From Candidatus Magasanikiibacteriota bacterium (lineage in GTDB: Bacteria; Patescibacteriota; Patescibacteriia; Magasanikbacterales; UBA922), in NCBI GenBank assembly GCA_052034405.1, contig JBPOIO010000004.1, positions 751 to 64,750 of the forward strand: a stretch of 64,000 bases of DNA, in the 5' to 3' direction. The notes beneath the pieces are model-generated. The model was not told the DNA's origin, searched no databases, and worked only from the letters and a program-made list of their open reading frames with translations. The position numbers and the translations under genes are program-made. This document shows positions 37,828-48,927 of the stretch, piece after piece (position 1 is the first letter of the stretch; the number at the start of each line of letters is the position of its first letter).

Positions 37828-39303
37828 TTATAATTGTGAAATCGCCTGTTCAATACGATGAAGCGTTTTTTCTTTTCCCAAACAATCTGCGATTTCAAAT
37901 GGTCCTGGAGAATTTTGCCGACCCGAAAGCGATACTCGCATTGGCCAAAGGACATCCCCTACTCCAAAACTTTTTTCTGTAATCCAATTTTTTATTTTTT
38001 CTGACAAAATTTCCAAAGTCCAATCACTATCATCAACACCCTTCAAAAATTCACAGAGTAAACTCAACTTTTCTTTTGATCCCTCACGCGTATCTTTTTT
38101 CCAAATCAAAATCGTTGGATCATATTCAAGTGTTTCTGCAAAAATAAATCCCACAGATTCAGAAAGTTCTGATAAAACTGTCATGCGTTCTTTTTCAAGA
38201 GCAACTACTTTCTGTAACCATGGAGTATTCTTGTGCTCTGACACAAGTCCAGCATTGATAAGAAATGGCAAAGCACGTTCCGTAAGCTCCATACTATCCA
38301 TTTTCTTTATATATTCCTTATTATACCAGTTTAGCTTCTCTCTGTTAAATACAGCAGCAGCTTTGGATACTTTTTCGATTGAAAATTCTTTTTCAAGATC
38401 AGATACTTCAAACATTTCTCTTTCATCTCCAGGATTCCAGCCCAAAAAGGAAACAAAATTCACCATGGCTTCTGGCAAATAGCCTTTTTGTTTGAAATCT
38501 TCTACAGAAACATCCCCATGACGTTTACTCAGTTTTTGTTTTTGTTCGTTTATAAGAAGTGAAAGATGCGCAAAAGTAGGTGCCTCCCAGCCAAACATTT
38601 TGTAGAGCACAATATGCTTTGGAGTCGAAGGAAGCCATTCTTCCGCACGGAGCACATGTGTAATACCCATAAAGTGATCATCTACAACCACAGCCAAATG
38701 ATAGGTTGGAAAACCATCAGACTTGATAAGCACTTGATCATCAATAAGTTTATTTTGAAAACTCACTTCTCCACGAATTAAATCCGTAAATTTTGTATCT
38801 CCATCATGTGGCATATTCATTCGCACCACATGCGACTGACCCGATTGTAATTTTTCTTCAATTTCAGATGATGCCAAATTTTTGCAATACCCATCATACA
38901 TAGTTGGCTGTTTCATCACCTCTTGATTTGTACGCAATTCATCAAGTCGTTCTTTTGTACAAAAACAATAATAGGCATGTCCATTGGCAATCAATTCTTC
39001 GGCATATTTTTTATAAATATCCAATCTTTGAGATTGAATATAAGGGCCATTTTCTCCTTTTTGAATAATATGACCATGCTCATCCATATCCACCCCTTCA
39101 TCAATCGTAACTCCAGCCCATTTGAGAGATTGAATCATATTTTCCATTCCACCCTCAACAAAACGTCCCTGATCCGTATCTTCCATACGCATCATAAACG
39201 TGCCCCCATGATGACGGGCAAAAAGATAAGAATAGAGGGCAGTTCGAAGACCTCCAACATGAAGCATTCCGGTAGGACTAGGGGCAAAACGAGTCTTTAT
39301 CAT
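37828..39303 (-). CDS. gltX: glutamate--tRNA ligase
   Basis: RFAPSPTG.LHVGG, PTYHLAVVVDDH, KLSKR. Confidence 0.97.
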   Translation of the reverse strand: MIKTRFAPSPTGMLHVGGLRTALYSYLFARHHGGTFMMRMEDTDQGRFVEGGMENMIQSLKWAGVTIDEGVDMDEHGHIIQKGENGPYIQSQRLDIYKKYAEELIANGHAYYCFCTKERLDELRTNQEVMKQPTMYDGYCKNLASSEIEEKLQSGQSHVVRMNMPHDGDTKFTDLIRGEVSFQNKLIDDQVLIKSDGFPTYHLAVVVDDHFMGITHVLRAEEWLPSTPKHIVLYKMFGWEAPTFAHLSLLINEQKQKLSKRHGDVSVEDFKQKGYLPEAMVNFVSFLGWNPGDEREMFEVSDLEKEFSIEKVSKAAAVFNREKLNWYNKEYIKKMDSMELTERALPFLINAGLVSEHKNTPWLQKVVALEKERMTVLSELSESVGFIFAETLEYDPTILIWKKDTREGSKEKLSLLCEFLKGVDDSDWTLEILSEKIKNWITEKSFGVGDVLWPMRVSLSGRQNSPGPFEIADCLGKEKTLHRIEQAISQL

Positions 39304-39423
39304 ATATCTATCAGACTAAGGCTAAGAGAGATTCTAGCATAGCAAAAAAAAGGGCACTTGACAACTCTTTTAATAAGCATTAGGGTCTAAGTAGAATCCT
39401 CACACCATACAGGGAGAAAGACG

Positions 39424-39768
39424 ATGTATCATCGAGATAACACCCTCTTTCAAACCCTCGTTAATGGCGATGGGTTTGTTGGTGGGCTCATTACAGGGCC
39501 AAAAGGGCGCCGAGGAAGAATCCTGGGCATCGAGATCAACCCCCACAGAATCGTGGTGCGCTGGGTTTCAGAAGATGGAAAAACAGTACTTCCAATCGTT
39601 TTCCAACTTCGGGACCTGATTCGATATCATGGTTCCACAGAAGACGGTGACGAAGAAGAATACTTCGTCATCAGCCTCAGCCCCGAAATCCAACACCGAT
39701 GGGTGATTTATCGCCCCAGCCCAGGCGACGAAAAACCCAACTCTGACTCCCCCGAAGTGGGTGAGTAA
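39424..39768 (+). CDS. GC-enriched orphan ORF
   Basis: Preceded by TTGACA (39358) and a GGAG ribosome-binding site; followed by GC-rich hairpins. Confidence 0.6.
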   Translation: MYHRDNTLFQTLVNGDGFVGGLITGPKGRRGRILGIEINPHRIVVRWVSEDGKTVLPIVFQLRDLIRYHGSTEDGDEEEYFVISLSPEIQHRWVIYRPSPGDEKPNSDSPEVGE

Positions 39769-39819
39769 AGCCGATCGAGCAGCGCTCTCGGCACCCCGCC
39801 CGACAGACGTCGCGGCGAC

Positions 39820-39861
39820 ACCCCGGCCGACTTTTGTCGCGACCGGGGTTGAATTTTTTTT
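39820..39861 (+). terminator. GC-rich terminator-like hairpin
   Basis: ACCCCGG...CCGGGGT with inner CGAC-TTTT-GTCG, then a T tract. Confidence 0.55.
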
Positions 39862-40612
39862 ACAAAGAAACTTTGCTGAGCACTATCCCCGCAGCAATCG
39901 CAACATTGAGTGATTCTGCCTCACCAATTCTAGGGATAGTACAACTTTGATTCAAGACCGTTTGCACTTGAATACTGATTCCATGAGATTCAGATCCAAA
40001 GACACAAACTGTTTTTTTATCAAATTTTACATCTTTGATCGAGTCCCCCGTCATCTGCATTCCAACAACCGTATATCCTTTTGCTTGAAGCATTTTCAAA
40101 TCTGGCACCAAATTTTTACTTTCAAAAATCTTTGAACGAAAAATTGATCCCATGGTTGAACGCACTACTTTTTCATTGTAGGTATCCACACAATCTTCTG
40201 AAAGTAAAATATTTTTTATCCCAAACCAATCGGCGCTGCGAATAATAGTTCCAAGATTCCCTGGATCTTTTACTCCATCAAGACAAATGATTGGGGAATC
40301 AAGATCAAAGTCATCCATCGAGACTTCTGGCATTTTCACAATCGCCATAATCCCTGGAAAAGTCTCTGTTGTTTTTATTTCTTTGACCTCTGCCCTCGTC
40401 GCATACATCACTGTTGGTCCAGCATCAACAAACAATGGCAACTCCACTGGCACAGTTTTTTCTTCTTCCAAAATAATGGTGGTGATGAAAAGTCCCGAAG
40501 CCAATGCCTCTTCTACACCTTTCACTCCTTCTATCAAAAATTCACCAAATTCTTCACGATATTTTTTTTGTGTGAGTTTCTTAATGTGTTTTCGAATATT
40601 TTCTGTCAGCAT
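39860..40612 (-). CDS. TrmH/SpoU family RNA methyltransferase
   Basis: DPGNLGTIIRSA, VFGSESHG, ESLNVAIA. Confidence 0.93.
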   Translation of the reverse strand: MLTENIRKHIKKLTQKKYREEFGEFLIEGVKGVEEALASGLFITTIILEEEKTVPVELPLFVDAGPTVMYATRAEVKEIKTTETFPGIMAIVKMPEVSMDDFDLDSPIICLDGVKDPGNLGTIIRSADWFGIKNILLSEDCVDTYNEKVVRSTMGSIFRSKIFESKNLVPDLKMLQAKGYTVVGMQMTGDSIKDVKFDKKTVCVFGSESHGISIQVQTVLNQSCTIPRIGEAESLNVAIAAGIVLSKVSL

Positions 40613-40617
40613 ATTTA

Positions 40618-41196
40618 TTAGGATTTATATTCATTAAATCTTTTTTCAAGATATCTTACGTTCTCCCAAGCTTGAGATTTTATACCCCGAGATTGTTGTG
40701 ACTTAAATAAGCGGTTCAAATTAGGCATAATCTCCTCTAAACTAATAGAAAACCAATCATATAGTAACTCTATATCTACATAGTCTCTTTTCAATAGCAT
40801 TCCTATCTCCTCCAAAACCCTAAGAATGTGATGAATTTTTTTATTTATTTGATCTATAGATAATTTATTTGGATTATCTAATAATGTTGTTGGTAATTCA
40901 TATGCAATAAAATATAAGTTTTCTGAAGTTTTTTCACTAGAGAGTTTTTTAATATAGTATAAAGTTCTATCAATTTTATCTTTTCTATCTGTAAACCAAA
41001 AACTTTTTTTTGCCCAATAGGCTGTTAAAACAATTGCTATTGTAGAAATACACGTAAAGGAAGCAATTAAAATATCGGATTGACTCCCCCATGTATTTGA
41101 TAAAATATTTAAAATAAATAAAACAAAAAGAAAAAAAATCATTACACTAAGTCCAGCAATAAAACTTATAAAAAGTATTTTATTTCTTTCTATCAT
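40618..41196 (-). CDS. very AT-rich membrane protein, DUF4760-like
   Basis: Two TM helices then LEEIGMLLKRDYVDIELLYDWF...WENVRYL; start at MIERNKIL. Confidence 0.55.
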   Translation of the reverse strand: MIERNKILFISFIAGLSVMIFFLFVLFILNILSNTWGSQSDILIASFTCISTIAIVLTAYWAKKSFWFTDRKDKIDRTLYYIKKLSSEKTSENLYFIAYELPTTLLDNPNKLSIDQINKKIHHILRVLEEIGMLLKRDYVDIELLYDWFSISLEEIMPNLNRLFKSQQSRGIKSQAWENVRYLEKRFNEYKS

Positions 41197-41917
41197 ACCG
41201 TAAAAAATAAAATAAAAATACAACAGTCGCCTTCCAAATACGTTTGATACGTCGAGGTTCACGAACGAGGCGATAAAGCCACTCCAATCCAAGACGTCGA
41301 AAAATTGCGGGAGCACGTTTTACTTTCCCTGAGATAAAATCAAAAGATCCTCCAATTCCCATCGCGATTCTGACACTTGGAAGTTCTGGCAAAAATCCAT
41401 AAATCCATTTTTCTTGTTTTTTGTGGCCAAAAGCAACAAACAAAATATCTGGAGCCGCAAAAATAATATCATCAATCACAGCATCGTTTGCAGAGCTATC
41501 AAACGTAAAGTCATGTGCAATTTGGATTCCAGGATGCATGCCAACTATCTTCAAATTCGGAAATTTTGCAAGTAATTTATTTTTACATCCTTTCAAAACT
41601 TCACTTGAGCCACTCCCGAGCAAATACACAGACTTGTTTTCGCCTGCAGCAAATTCACAAATATCTATCATAAAATCCACGCCAGGTATTCGTTCAATCG
41701 ACTCTTTTGCTACCAAGGCAAGCCCACGTCCATCACACAAATTCAAATCCCCTGCATTCAAGACCTCTTTGAAATAGAGATCTTTTTGGGCATCTACCAG
41801 CATCTCGGGATTTGGGGTAAAAATCATGTGACCCTCGTGAGATGCCAAAAAATCAGCTACATTAGAAAGGGCCAATGATTTATCTACTTTATCCACTCGA
41901 ACGCCTAAAATGTACAT
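41180..41917 (-). CDS. WecB/TagA/CpsF family glycosyltransferase
   Basis: TPNPE, DG, RIPGVD, FVAFG..KQE, GIGGSFD, LEWLYRL..EP.R..R. Confidence 0.93.
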   Translation of the reverse strand: MYILGVRVDKVDKSLALSNVADFLASHEGHMIFTPNPEMLVDAQKDLYFKEVLNAGDLNLCDGRGLALVAKESIERIPGVDFMIDICEFAAGENKSVYLLGSGSSEVLKGCKNKLLAKFPNLKIVGMHPGIQIAHDFTFDSSANDAVIDDIIFAAPDILFVAFGHKKQEKWIYGFLPELPSVRIAMGIGGSFDFISGKVKRAPAIFRRLGLEWLYRLVREPRRIKRIWKATVVFLFYFLRYDRKK

Positions 41918-41963
41918 AAATAAGCCTTATTTGTGCTATAATAATGAGGTAAGCATACAGGAT

Positions 41964-41992
41964 TTGACAGTTTTTTTCAATTGCGGTATTAT
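41964..41992 (+). promoter_or_regulatory. sigma70 promoter of clpB
   Basis: TTGACA-17 bp-TATTAT. Confidence 0.7.
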
Positions 41993-42015
41993 CACTCTAT
42001 ACTATCGAGTGATAA
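41989..42015 (+). promoter_or_regulatory. CIRCE-like operator (HrcA)
   Basis: TTATCACTC-N9-GAGTGATAA versus consensus TTAGCACTC-N9-GAGTGCTAA; overlaps the -10 box of a chaperone gene. Confidence 0.8.
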
Positions 42016-42045
42016 TATAACTCTTCAATCTTCACCAAAGCCTTT

Positions 42046-44691
42046 ATGAACCCACAAAATTTTACCAACAAATCCCAAGAAGCCCTCCAACGAGCTGCCA
42101 CTATCTCCCACGAAAATGGCCAGCCGCATATGGAACCGCCTCATCTTTTTCTTGCCCTTCTCGAACAAAACGAAGGTGTTGTTGTATCTGTTATAAAAAA
42201 ACTCAATATTGAAGTAAACAGCCTCAAAATAGAAATTCAAAATCTTATCAACATGCTTCCAAAACAATTTGGTGCCATGTCCCCTGGTGGCTTTGGACAG
42301 ATACTCATGGGCCAGGCTATGATGTATATTTTGCAAGGGGCCCAAGAAGAAAGCAAAAAAATGGGAGACGAATATATTAGCGTTGAACATCTTTTGCTTG
42401 CTTTTTTGAAAAATAAAAACCCAATCAGTGAATACCTTTCCAAATATAAAGCAGACTATGACGCTGTGCTGCGTACACTCGTACAAGTTCGTGGAAATCA
42501 AAAAGTAGATTCTGTAGAACCAGAAAGCAAATACCAAGCCCTTGAAAAATACGGCAAAAATTTTACCGAACTTGCACGCAAAGAAAAACTTGATCCTGTA
42601 ATTGGTCGAGATGATGAAATCCGCCGTGTTATGCAAGTACTCTCTCGTCGTACCAAAAACAATCCTGTTCTTATTGGTGAACCGGGTGTTGGTAAAACTG
42701 CCATTGTCGAAGGCCTGGCGCAGCGTATTGTGAATGGAGATATTCCAGAAAGTATCAAAGACAAAGAAGTCATTGGACTTGATGTTGGAGCACTCGTTGC
42801 CGGAACCAAATTTCGTGGTGAATTTGAAGAACGCTTCAAAGCCGTCCTCAAAGAAGTCACCGAATCAAATGGAAAAATTATTTTGTTTATAGATGAGCTT
42901 CATACCATTGTCGGAGCTGGTAGTAGTGAAGGTGCTATCGATGCCAGCAACATGCTCAAACCTGCTCTTGCACGAGGAGAACTTCATACCATTGGAGCTA
43001 CGACCATCAAAGAATACCAAAAACACATTGAACGCGATGCGGCTTTTGAACGTCGTTTTCAACCAGTCACAGTAAATGAACCAAGCAAAGACGATACCAT
43101 CGCAATCCTGCGCGGTATCAAAGAAAAATACGAAGTGCACCATGGTGTCCGTATTACTGACCCTGCTATTGTTGCTTCTGTTGAGCTTTCGAGTCGCTAT
43201 ATCACGGATCGTTTTTTACCAGACAAAGCCATTGACCTCATTGACGAAGCCACATCGGCCTTGCGCATGGAAATTGACTCTATGCCAATGGAACTCGACA
43301 AAATGAAACGTCGAAGTATTCAACTTGAAATCGAACTTCAGGCCCTCAAAAAAGAAACTGACGACGAGTCAAAAGAAAGAAGTAAAAAACTCAAAAAAGA
43401 ACTTGAAAATTTAAAAGAACAAAGCAACGAACTTGAAATTCATTGGAAAACAGAAAAAGAAATTATTACCAATATTCGTGCTTGCAAAAAAGAAATTGAA
43501 CAATTGAAACAAGTAGCAGACATTGCAGAACGACGAGGTGACCTCCAAAAAGTTGCCGAAATTCGCTATGCAAAAATTCCAAGTAAAGAAGATGAAATAA
43601 AACAAAATCAACAAAAACTTCTTGAGATTCAACAAGGCCATGCTATCCTCAAAGAAGAAGTTACCGAACAAGATATTGCAGAGGTAGTCTCACGTTGGAC
43701 CGGAGTACCTGTTACCAAAATGCTTGAAGATGATCTCAAAAAATTGGAACGTATGGAACAGGAACTTGGTTCTCGTGTTATTGGCCAAGAAGAAGCTATC
43801 AGCGCCATTTCCAATGCTATTCGCCGCTCACGCGCAGGTATGAGTGAAGAAAAAAAACCAATTGGATCATTTATTTTTATGGGACCAACAGGGGTAGGAA
43901 AAACAGAACTTGCCAAGGCACTTGCAGAATTTTTGTTCAACGATGAAGATGCTATTGTCCGAGTTGATATGAGTGAATTTATGGAAAAACATTCTGTCAG
44001 CAAACTTATTGGTTCCCCTCCTGGATATGTTGGCTACGATGAAGGTGGACAACTCACAGAAAAAATTCGTCGTCGCCCATACTCGGTGATTCTCTTTGAT
44101 GAAATTGAAAAAGCAAATGGAGATGTGTTCAATATTATGCTTCAAATTTTGGAAGATGGACACCTTAGCGATGCAAAGGGACGCAAAGTAAATTTCAAAA
44201 ATACAGTCATTATCATGACGAGTAACGTTGGATCCGAAATGATCATGAGCATGAGCAAACGCGGTGAATTTGGTTTTGCTGCAGGCCACCAAGGAAACGC
44301 AGGAAGCAATGAAAAAGAAATCAAAGAAAAAGTCATGGAAGCACTCAAAGAACATTTTAAACCAGAATTTTTGAATCGTATCGACGATATCATCATGTTC
44401 CATCCCCTCAGCGAAAAACAAATTCGTTCTATTGTGGATTTACAACTTGCACATGTCATGGAACGTCTTGAAAATAAACGTATCAAACTCGATGTGAGTG
44501 CCAAAGCCAAAGATTGGCTCGGCAAACGCGGCTATGATCCAAATCTTGGAGCACGTCCTCTCAAACGTGTCATTCAAAGTGAAGTTCTTGATAAACTCGC
44601 ACTCATGATCATTCAAGGTCTTATTCAAGATGGAGATAAAATAAAAATTGATATCAATGGTGAAGCACTTAGCATTGAAAAAAAATCTTAA
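42046..44691 (+). CDS. clpB: chaperone ClpB
   Basis: Clp N-domain, two AAA modules, long middle coiled coil ([13 protein letters not shown]), GYVGYDEGG. Confidence 0.96.
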   Translation: MNPQNFTNKSQEALQRAATISHENGQPHMEPPHLFLALLEQNEGVVVSVIKKLNIEVNSLKIEIQNLINMLPKQFGAMSPGGFGQILMGQAMMYILQGAQEESKKMGDEYISVEHLLLAFLKNKNPISEYLSKYKADYDAVLRTLVQVRGNQKVDSVEPESKYQALEKYGKNFTELARKEKLDPVIGRDDEIRRVMQVLSRRTKNNPVLIGEPGVGKTAIVEGLAQRIVNGDIPESIKDKEVIGLDVGALVAGTKFRGEFEERFKAVLKEVTESNGKIILFIDELHTIVGAGSSEGAIDASNMLKPALARGELHTIGATTIKEYQKHIERDAAFERRFQPVTVNEPSKDDTIAILRGIKEKYEVHHGVRITDPAIVASVELSSRYITDRFLPDKAIDLIDEATSALRMEIDSMPMELDKMKRRSIQLEIELQALKKETDDESKERSKKLKKELENLKEQSNELEIHWKTEKEIITNIRACKKEIEQLKQVADIAERRGDLQKVAEIRYAKIPSKEDEIKQNQQKLLEIQQGHAILKEEVTEQDIAEVVSRWTGVPVTKMLEDDLKKLERMEQELGSRVIGQEEAISAISNAIRRSRAGMSEEKKPIGSFIFMGPTGVGKTELAKALAEFLFNDEDAIVRVDMSEFMEKHSVSKLIGSPPGYVGYDEGGQLTEKIRRRPYSVILFDEIEKANGDVFNIMLQILEDGHLSDAKGRKVNFKNTVIIMTSNVGSEMIMSMSKRGEFGFAAGHQGNAGSNEKEIKEKVMEALKEHFKPEFLNRIDDIIMFHPLSEKQIRSIVDLQLAHVMERLENKRIKLDVSAKAKDWLGKRGYDPNLGARPLKRVIQSEVLDKLALMIIQGLIQDGDKIKIDINGEALSIEKKS

Positions 44692-44693
44692 AT

Positions 44694-45419
44694 TTATTCG
44701 AATACCCAATCAGGATATTCCTTTTCAAGAGCATACATACTATAGAGATACACAATTTTGTGTATCTCTTTTGATAATTCTGGAGTAACAAAAGCCATAC
44801 TTTCTCGCCAGCTTCTATTCAAAACATATCGCAAGGCCAAAAGTGTTGCCAGATTCAAAGGCACAGTAATTTGTTCACGATTTTGAAGTTTGTCATTGTG
44901 ACAGATAAGTCCCCCACTCGAAAATGAAAAAAACATTTTTTCTTCTTTCAATTCTCGTCCACAAAAAGTGCATTCAGATAAATTTGGTTCAAATCCAAAA
45001 AAAGAAAGCATCTTCAAAATAACCGCATCCAAAAGTACTGTTTTTGTTTCGGGAACAGTATTTAAAAACACAAGCCAAGATAACAGCATATCATATACTT
45101 GGCTATTTTGTTCAAAAGGTTTTAAAATCCCATCAAGCCACTTTACAAAAAATCCCGCCTGCCAAGATTTTTGCAAATTTTTTCGAATAGCCGAAAAATA
45201 CTCCAGTGACTGAGTTGTAGTAATATACTCAATATCTTTTCCCGGAACCAAAGCAAGTTCAATACAAGAAAATGGTTCCAAAAAAGGACTATTTTTACTC
45301 AGAAACTTTTTTGTACTACGAGCTGTCAATTCAATTTTTCCTTTTTCTTTCGTATAGAGTGAAATTATTTCATCACACTCTTTGAAACTCTGCCGTCTCA
45401 GCACTATCGCTTCTAACAT
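44694..45419 (-). CDS. recO: DNA repair protein RecO
   Basis: AIVLRR..F.E.D.I..LYTKE.GK, LEPF, FGFEPNLSECTFCG...SGGLIC. Confidence 0.88.
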   Translation of the reverse strand: MLEAIVLRRQSFKECDEIISLYTKEKGKIELTARSTKKFLSKNSPFLEPFSCIELALVPGKDIEYITTTQSLEYFSAIRKNLQKSWQAGFFVKWLDGILKPFEQNSQVYDMLLSWLVFLNTVPETKTVLLDAVILKMLSFFGFEPNLSECTFCGRELKEEKMFFSFSSGGLICHNDKLQNREQITVPLNLATLLALRYVLNRSWRESMAFVTPELSKEIHKIVYLYSMYALEKEYPDWVFE

Positions 45420-45426
45420 AATTTTT

Positions 45427-46711
<1,285 letters not shown>

Positions 46712-46742
46712 ATTGTATCAGAATTGAGAGTTTTTATGCAAA

Positions 46743-47612
46743 CTATTGAATTTGGTAAGTTACACTCACATTCAAGAGTACATCCGTACTTCCAGGTTCA
46801 ATACTTGGCGCTGGAGCAGCGGCCCCAACACTGTCAGCCATCACATTTGCTTTATAGAGTGGATAGTCATTTTGACCACCTTCGTATTCATTATAATTTA
46901 CAATACCTACAATATGCACACCAAGAGAACTTGATAATGCAGCAGCTTTTGCCTGAACTTTTTGAATAGCGATTTCACGAGCCTGCGCTTTGTATACTTC
47001 TCTATCATCAATAGTAAAGGTAATACCACTTACATTGTTGATTCCAAGTTCACCCGCAAGGGCCAAAACTTTTTGAGAATTTTGCAAATTACGAATTTTT
47101 ACAGTTACATTTTGTGAAACTTGATAACCTTTGAGGGTTTGAACACCTTTGTCACTGTATTCATACTGTGGATAGACATTGTAATTGGCAGTTTGAATGT
47201 CTTTTGCTTCAATAGCAAGTCCTTTCAAACGATCAATGAGCTTGTTCATGGTTTCTGTGTTTTTTTGCTGTGCTTCGGCAACGGTAGCAGCATCCGAAAT
47301 CATACCCATAGTTGTCATAGCGATATCAGGAACAACAGTCACTTTCCCCTGACTTTCAACACTAATAGTATGTTCTGGAGCATCGGCTTTTCCAATAAAA
47401 TAAAAACTTCGCAAATTATTTCGAATCAAAGTACCTACAAGTACTGTGGAATAAACCAAAAAGATTCCAAGCAAAGTCGCTAAAAGTTTGCGACCAAAGT
47501 CCATGTTTTTGAGGTGGCGCATATAGGCACGACTGCAGTCTTTATTGAAACAACAGTCATGGGCTTCGTACATACCTTCTTTGGTATGCGCGACAGAAGA
47601 TTTGACAGGCAT
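46743..47612 (-). CDS. SIMPL (DUF541) domain protein
   Basis: TISVESQGKVTVVPDIA, IQTANYNVYPQY, IEPG...V.V.Y. Confidence 0.88.
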   Translation of the reverse strand: MPVKSSVAHTKEGMYEAHDCCFNKDCSRAYMRHLKNMDFGRKLLATLLGIFLVYSTVLVGTLIRNNLRSFYFIGKADAPEHTISVESQGKVTVVPDIAMTTMGMISDAATVAEAQQKNTETMNKLIDRLKGLAIEAKDIQTANYNVYPQYEYSDKGVQTLKGYQVSQNVTVKIRNLQNSQKVLALAGELGINNVSGITFTIDDREVYKAQAREIAIQKVQAKAAALSSSLGVHIVGIVNYNEYEGGQNDYPLYKANVMADSVGAAAPAPSIEPGSTDVLLNVSVTYQIQ

Positions 47613-47651
47613 AAAATATATATTAAAAGTACTTCTAGTATAACACGATTC

Positions 47652-48029
47652 TTACTCTATGGGAATAATATACTGTTTACAAATACAATCTGAATCCAAA
47701 TTTCCATAAACACTCACCTGTTCAAATTGCATTGGAACCCCAGTCAAAGAAATATTTTTTGAAAGACAATATTCTTTTGCTCCACGAAAAAGAAAAGCAA
47801 GCTTTTCATGACCCGTAGCACGTTCGGCACTTCCATCATCAAAAGCACGTGTTTTCACTTCTACAAAACAAAGGGTTTTTTCACCTTTTATCTCACGCCA
47901 AGCAATAATATCAAGCTCTGATTTTTTGAGTTTATAGTTTCGTTCCAAAATTTCATATCCCTTTTGAACAAGAAATTCCACCGCTTTTTCCTCTCCCCAA
48001 GCACCAATTTCTTGTTTTACTGTCTTCAT
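47652..48029 (-). CDS. YraN family protein
   Basis: G..GE..A..FL..KGY.ILERN, ELDIIA, LCFVEVKTR. Confidence 0.9.
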   Translation of the reverse strand: MKTVKQEIGAWGEEKAVEFLVQKGYEILERNYKLKKSELDIIAWREIKGEKTLCFVEVKTRAFDDGSAERATGHEKLAFLFRGAKEYCLSKNISLTGVPMQFEQVSVYGNLDSDCICKQYIIPIE

Positions 48030-48577
48030 AATCTTTCTTCATGTCGAAACAACACAATACCATGATGATACTTTCCAACAGGAAATTCTTCTTGTACGAG
48101 GAATCCTTCATGCTTCGCCCATGTTTTTATTTGAGAAAAATCTACAAATTTATCATCTTTTGGCCCCATCGCAGAATTTACTTTTGTTGCCCAGTCCACA
48201 ATCAATAAACGTGATTTTGGAGAAAGCAAACGCTTTGCCTCGAATAAAACAAGATCTGGACTATCACAAAAAGAAAGCGTATTTACAAGAAATACCACAT
48301 CAAGTGATTTTTCTGGAATCGCAGTTTTTCCTTTTTCAAGATCAGACCAAATTGGATGTATATTTACAAAAGATTCGAGTTCTGCACGTTTTTTGATATT
48401 TTCCAAAATAGACTTCAAAATATCTACGGCATACACAATCCCTTTTTCGCCAATCAAAAGAGCTGCAGGAAACACAATATGGCCACTACGATCACTTCCA
48501 AAATCAGCAATATGCATGCCTTTTTGCAACTGTACCTTTTGAAAAAGAAGTCCAGGATCAATCATGAGATTATTCAT
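48026..48577 (-). CDS. class I SAM-dependent methyltransferase
   Basis: IADFGS..G, VYAVDI, SLDVVFL, LLIVDW. Confidence 0.8.
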   Translation of the reverse strand: MNNLMIDPGLLFQKVQLQKGMHIADFGSDRSGHIVFPAALLIGEKGIVYAVDILKSILENIKKRAELESFVNIHPIWSDLEKGKTAIPEKSLDVVFLVNTLSFCDSPDLVLFEAKRLLSPKSRLLIVDWATKVNSAMGPKDDKFVDFSQIKTWAKHEGFLVQEEFPVGKYHHGIVLFRHEERL

Positions 48578-48578
48578 A

Positions 48579-48827
48579 CTATTGTTTTAATGCTCCAAAC
48601 ATACCTCCAAAAATACTGAGAATTATACTTCCAAGAGTCCCTGTCATTGCCATAATAGCCCCGAAAAACAAAATAATACCCAAAAGCTTATACATCGTGC
48701 GACTACCATCTCCTCCGAGGTGTTCCTCTGCCCAACTACTTTTTCCAAAACTTTGTAAAAACCAATCGGCTTTAATAGTCATAAATACACCAAGAACCAT
48801 CACTAAAAGCCCAAAAACATATGTCAT
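48579..48827 (-). CDS. small conserved membrane protein
   Basis: Hydrophobic 82 aa ORF with FG...WAE..LG..GSR..YKL.G motif. Confidence 0.65.
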   Translation of the reverse strand: MTYVFGLLVMVLGVFMTIKADWFLQSFGKSSWAEEHLGGDGSRTMYKLLGIILFFGAIMAMTGTLGSIILSIFGGMFGALKQ

Positions 48828-48870
48828 AAAAATGCAAGTCAAAATTTTCTCTAGTATACACTTTTTTAGG

Positions 48871-48913
48871 AAAAAAAGAAAACCAGTAGCCTGCTGCCAC
48901 TGGTTTTTTCTTT
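48871..48913 (-). terminator. intrinsic terminator
   Basis: AAAACCAGT...ACTGGTTTT with flanking A/T tracts. Confidence 0.6.
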
Positions 48914-48927
48914 GAAAGAATACAGAC

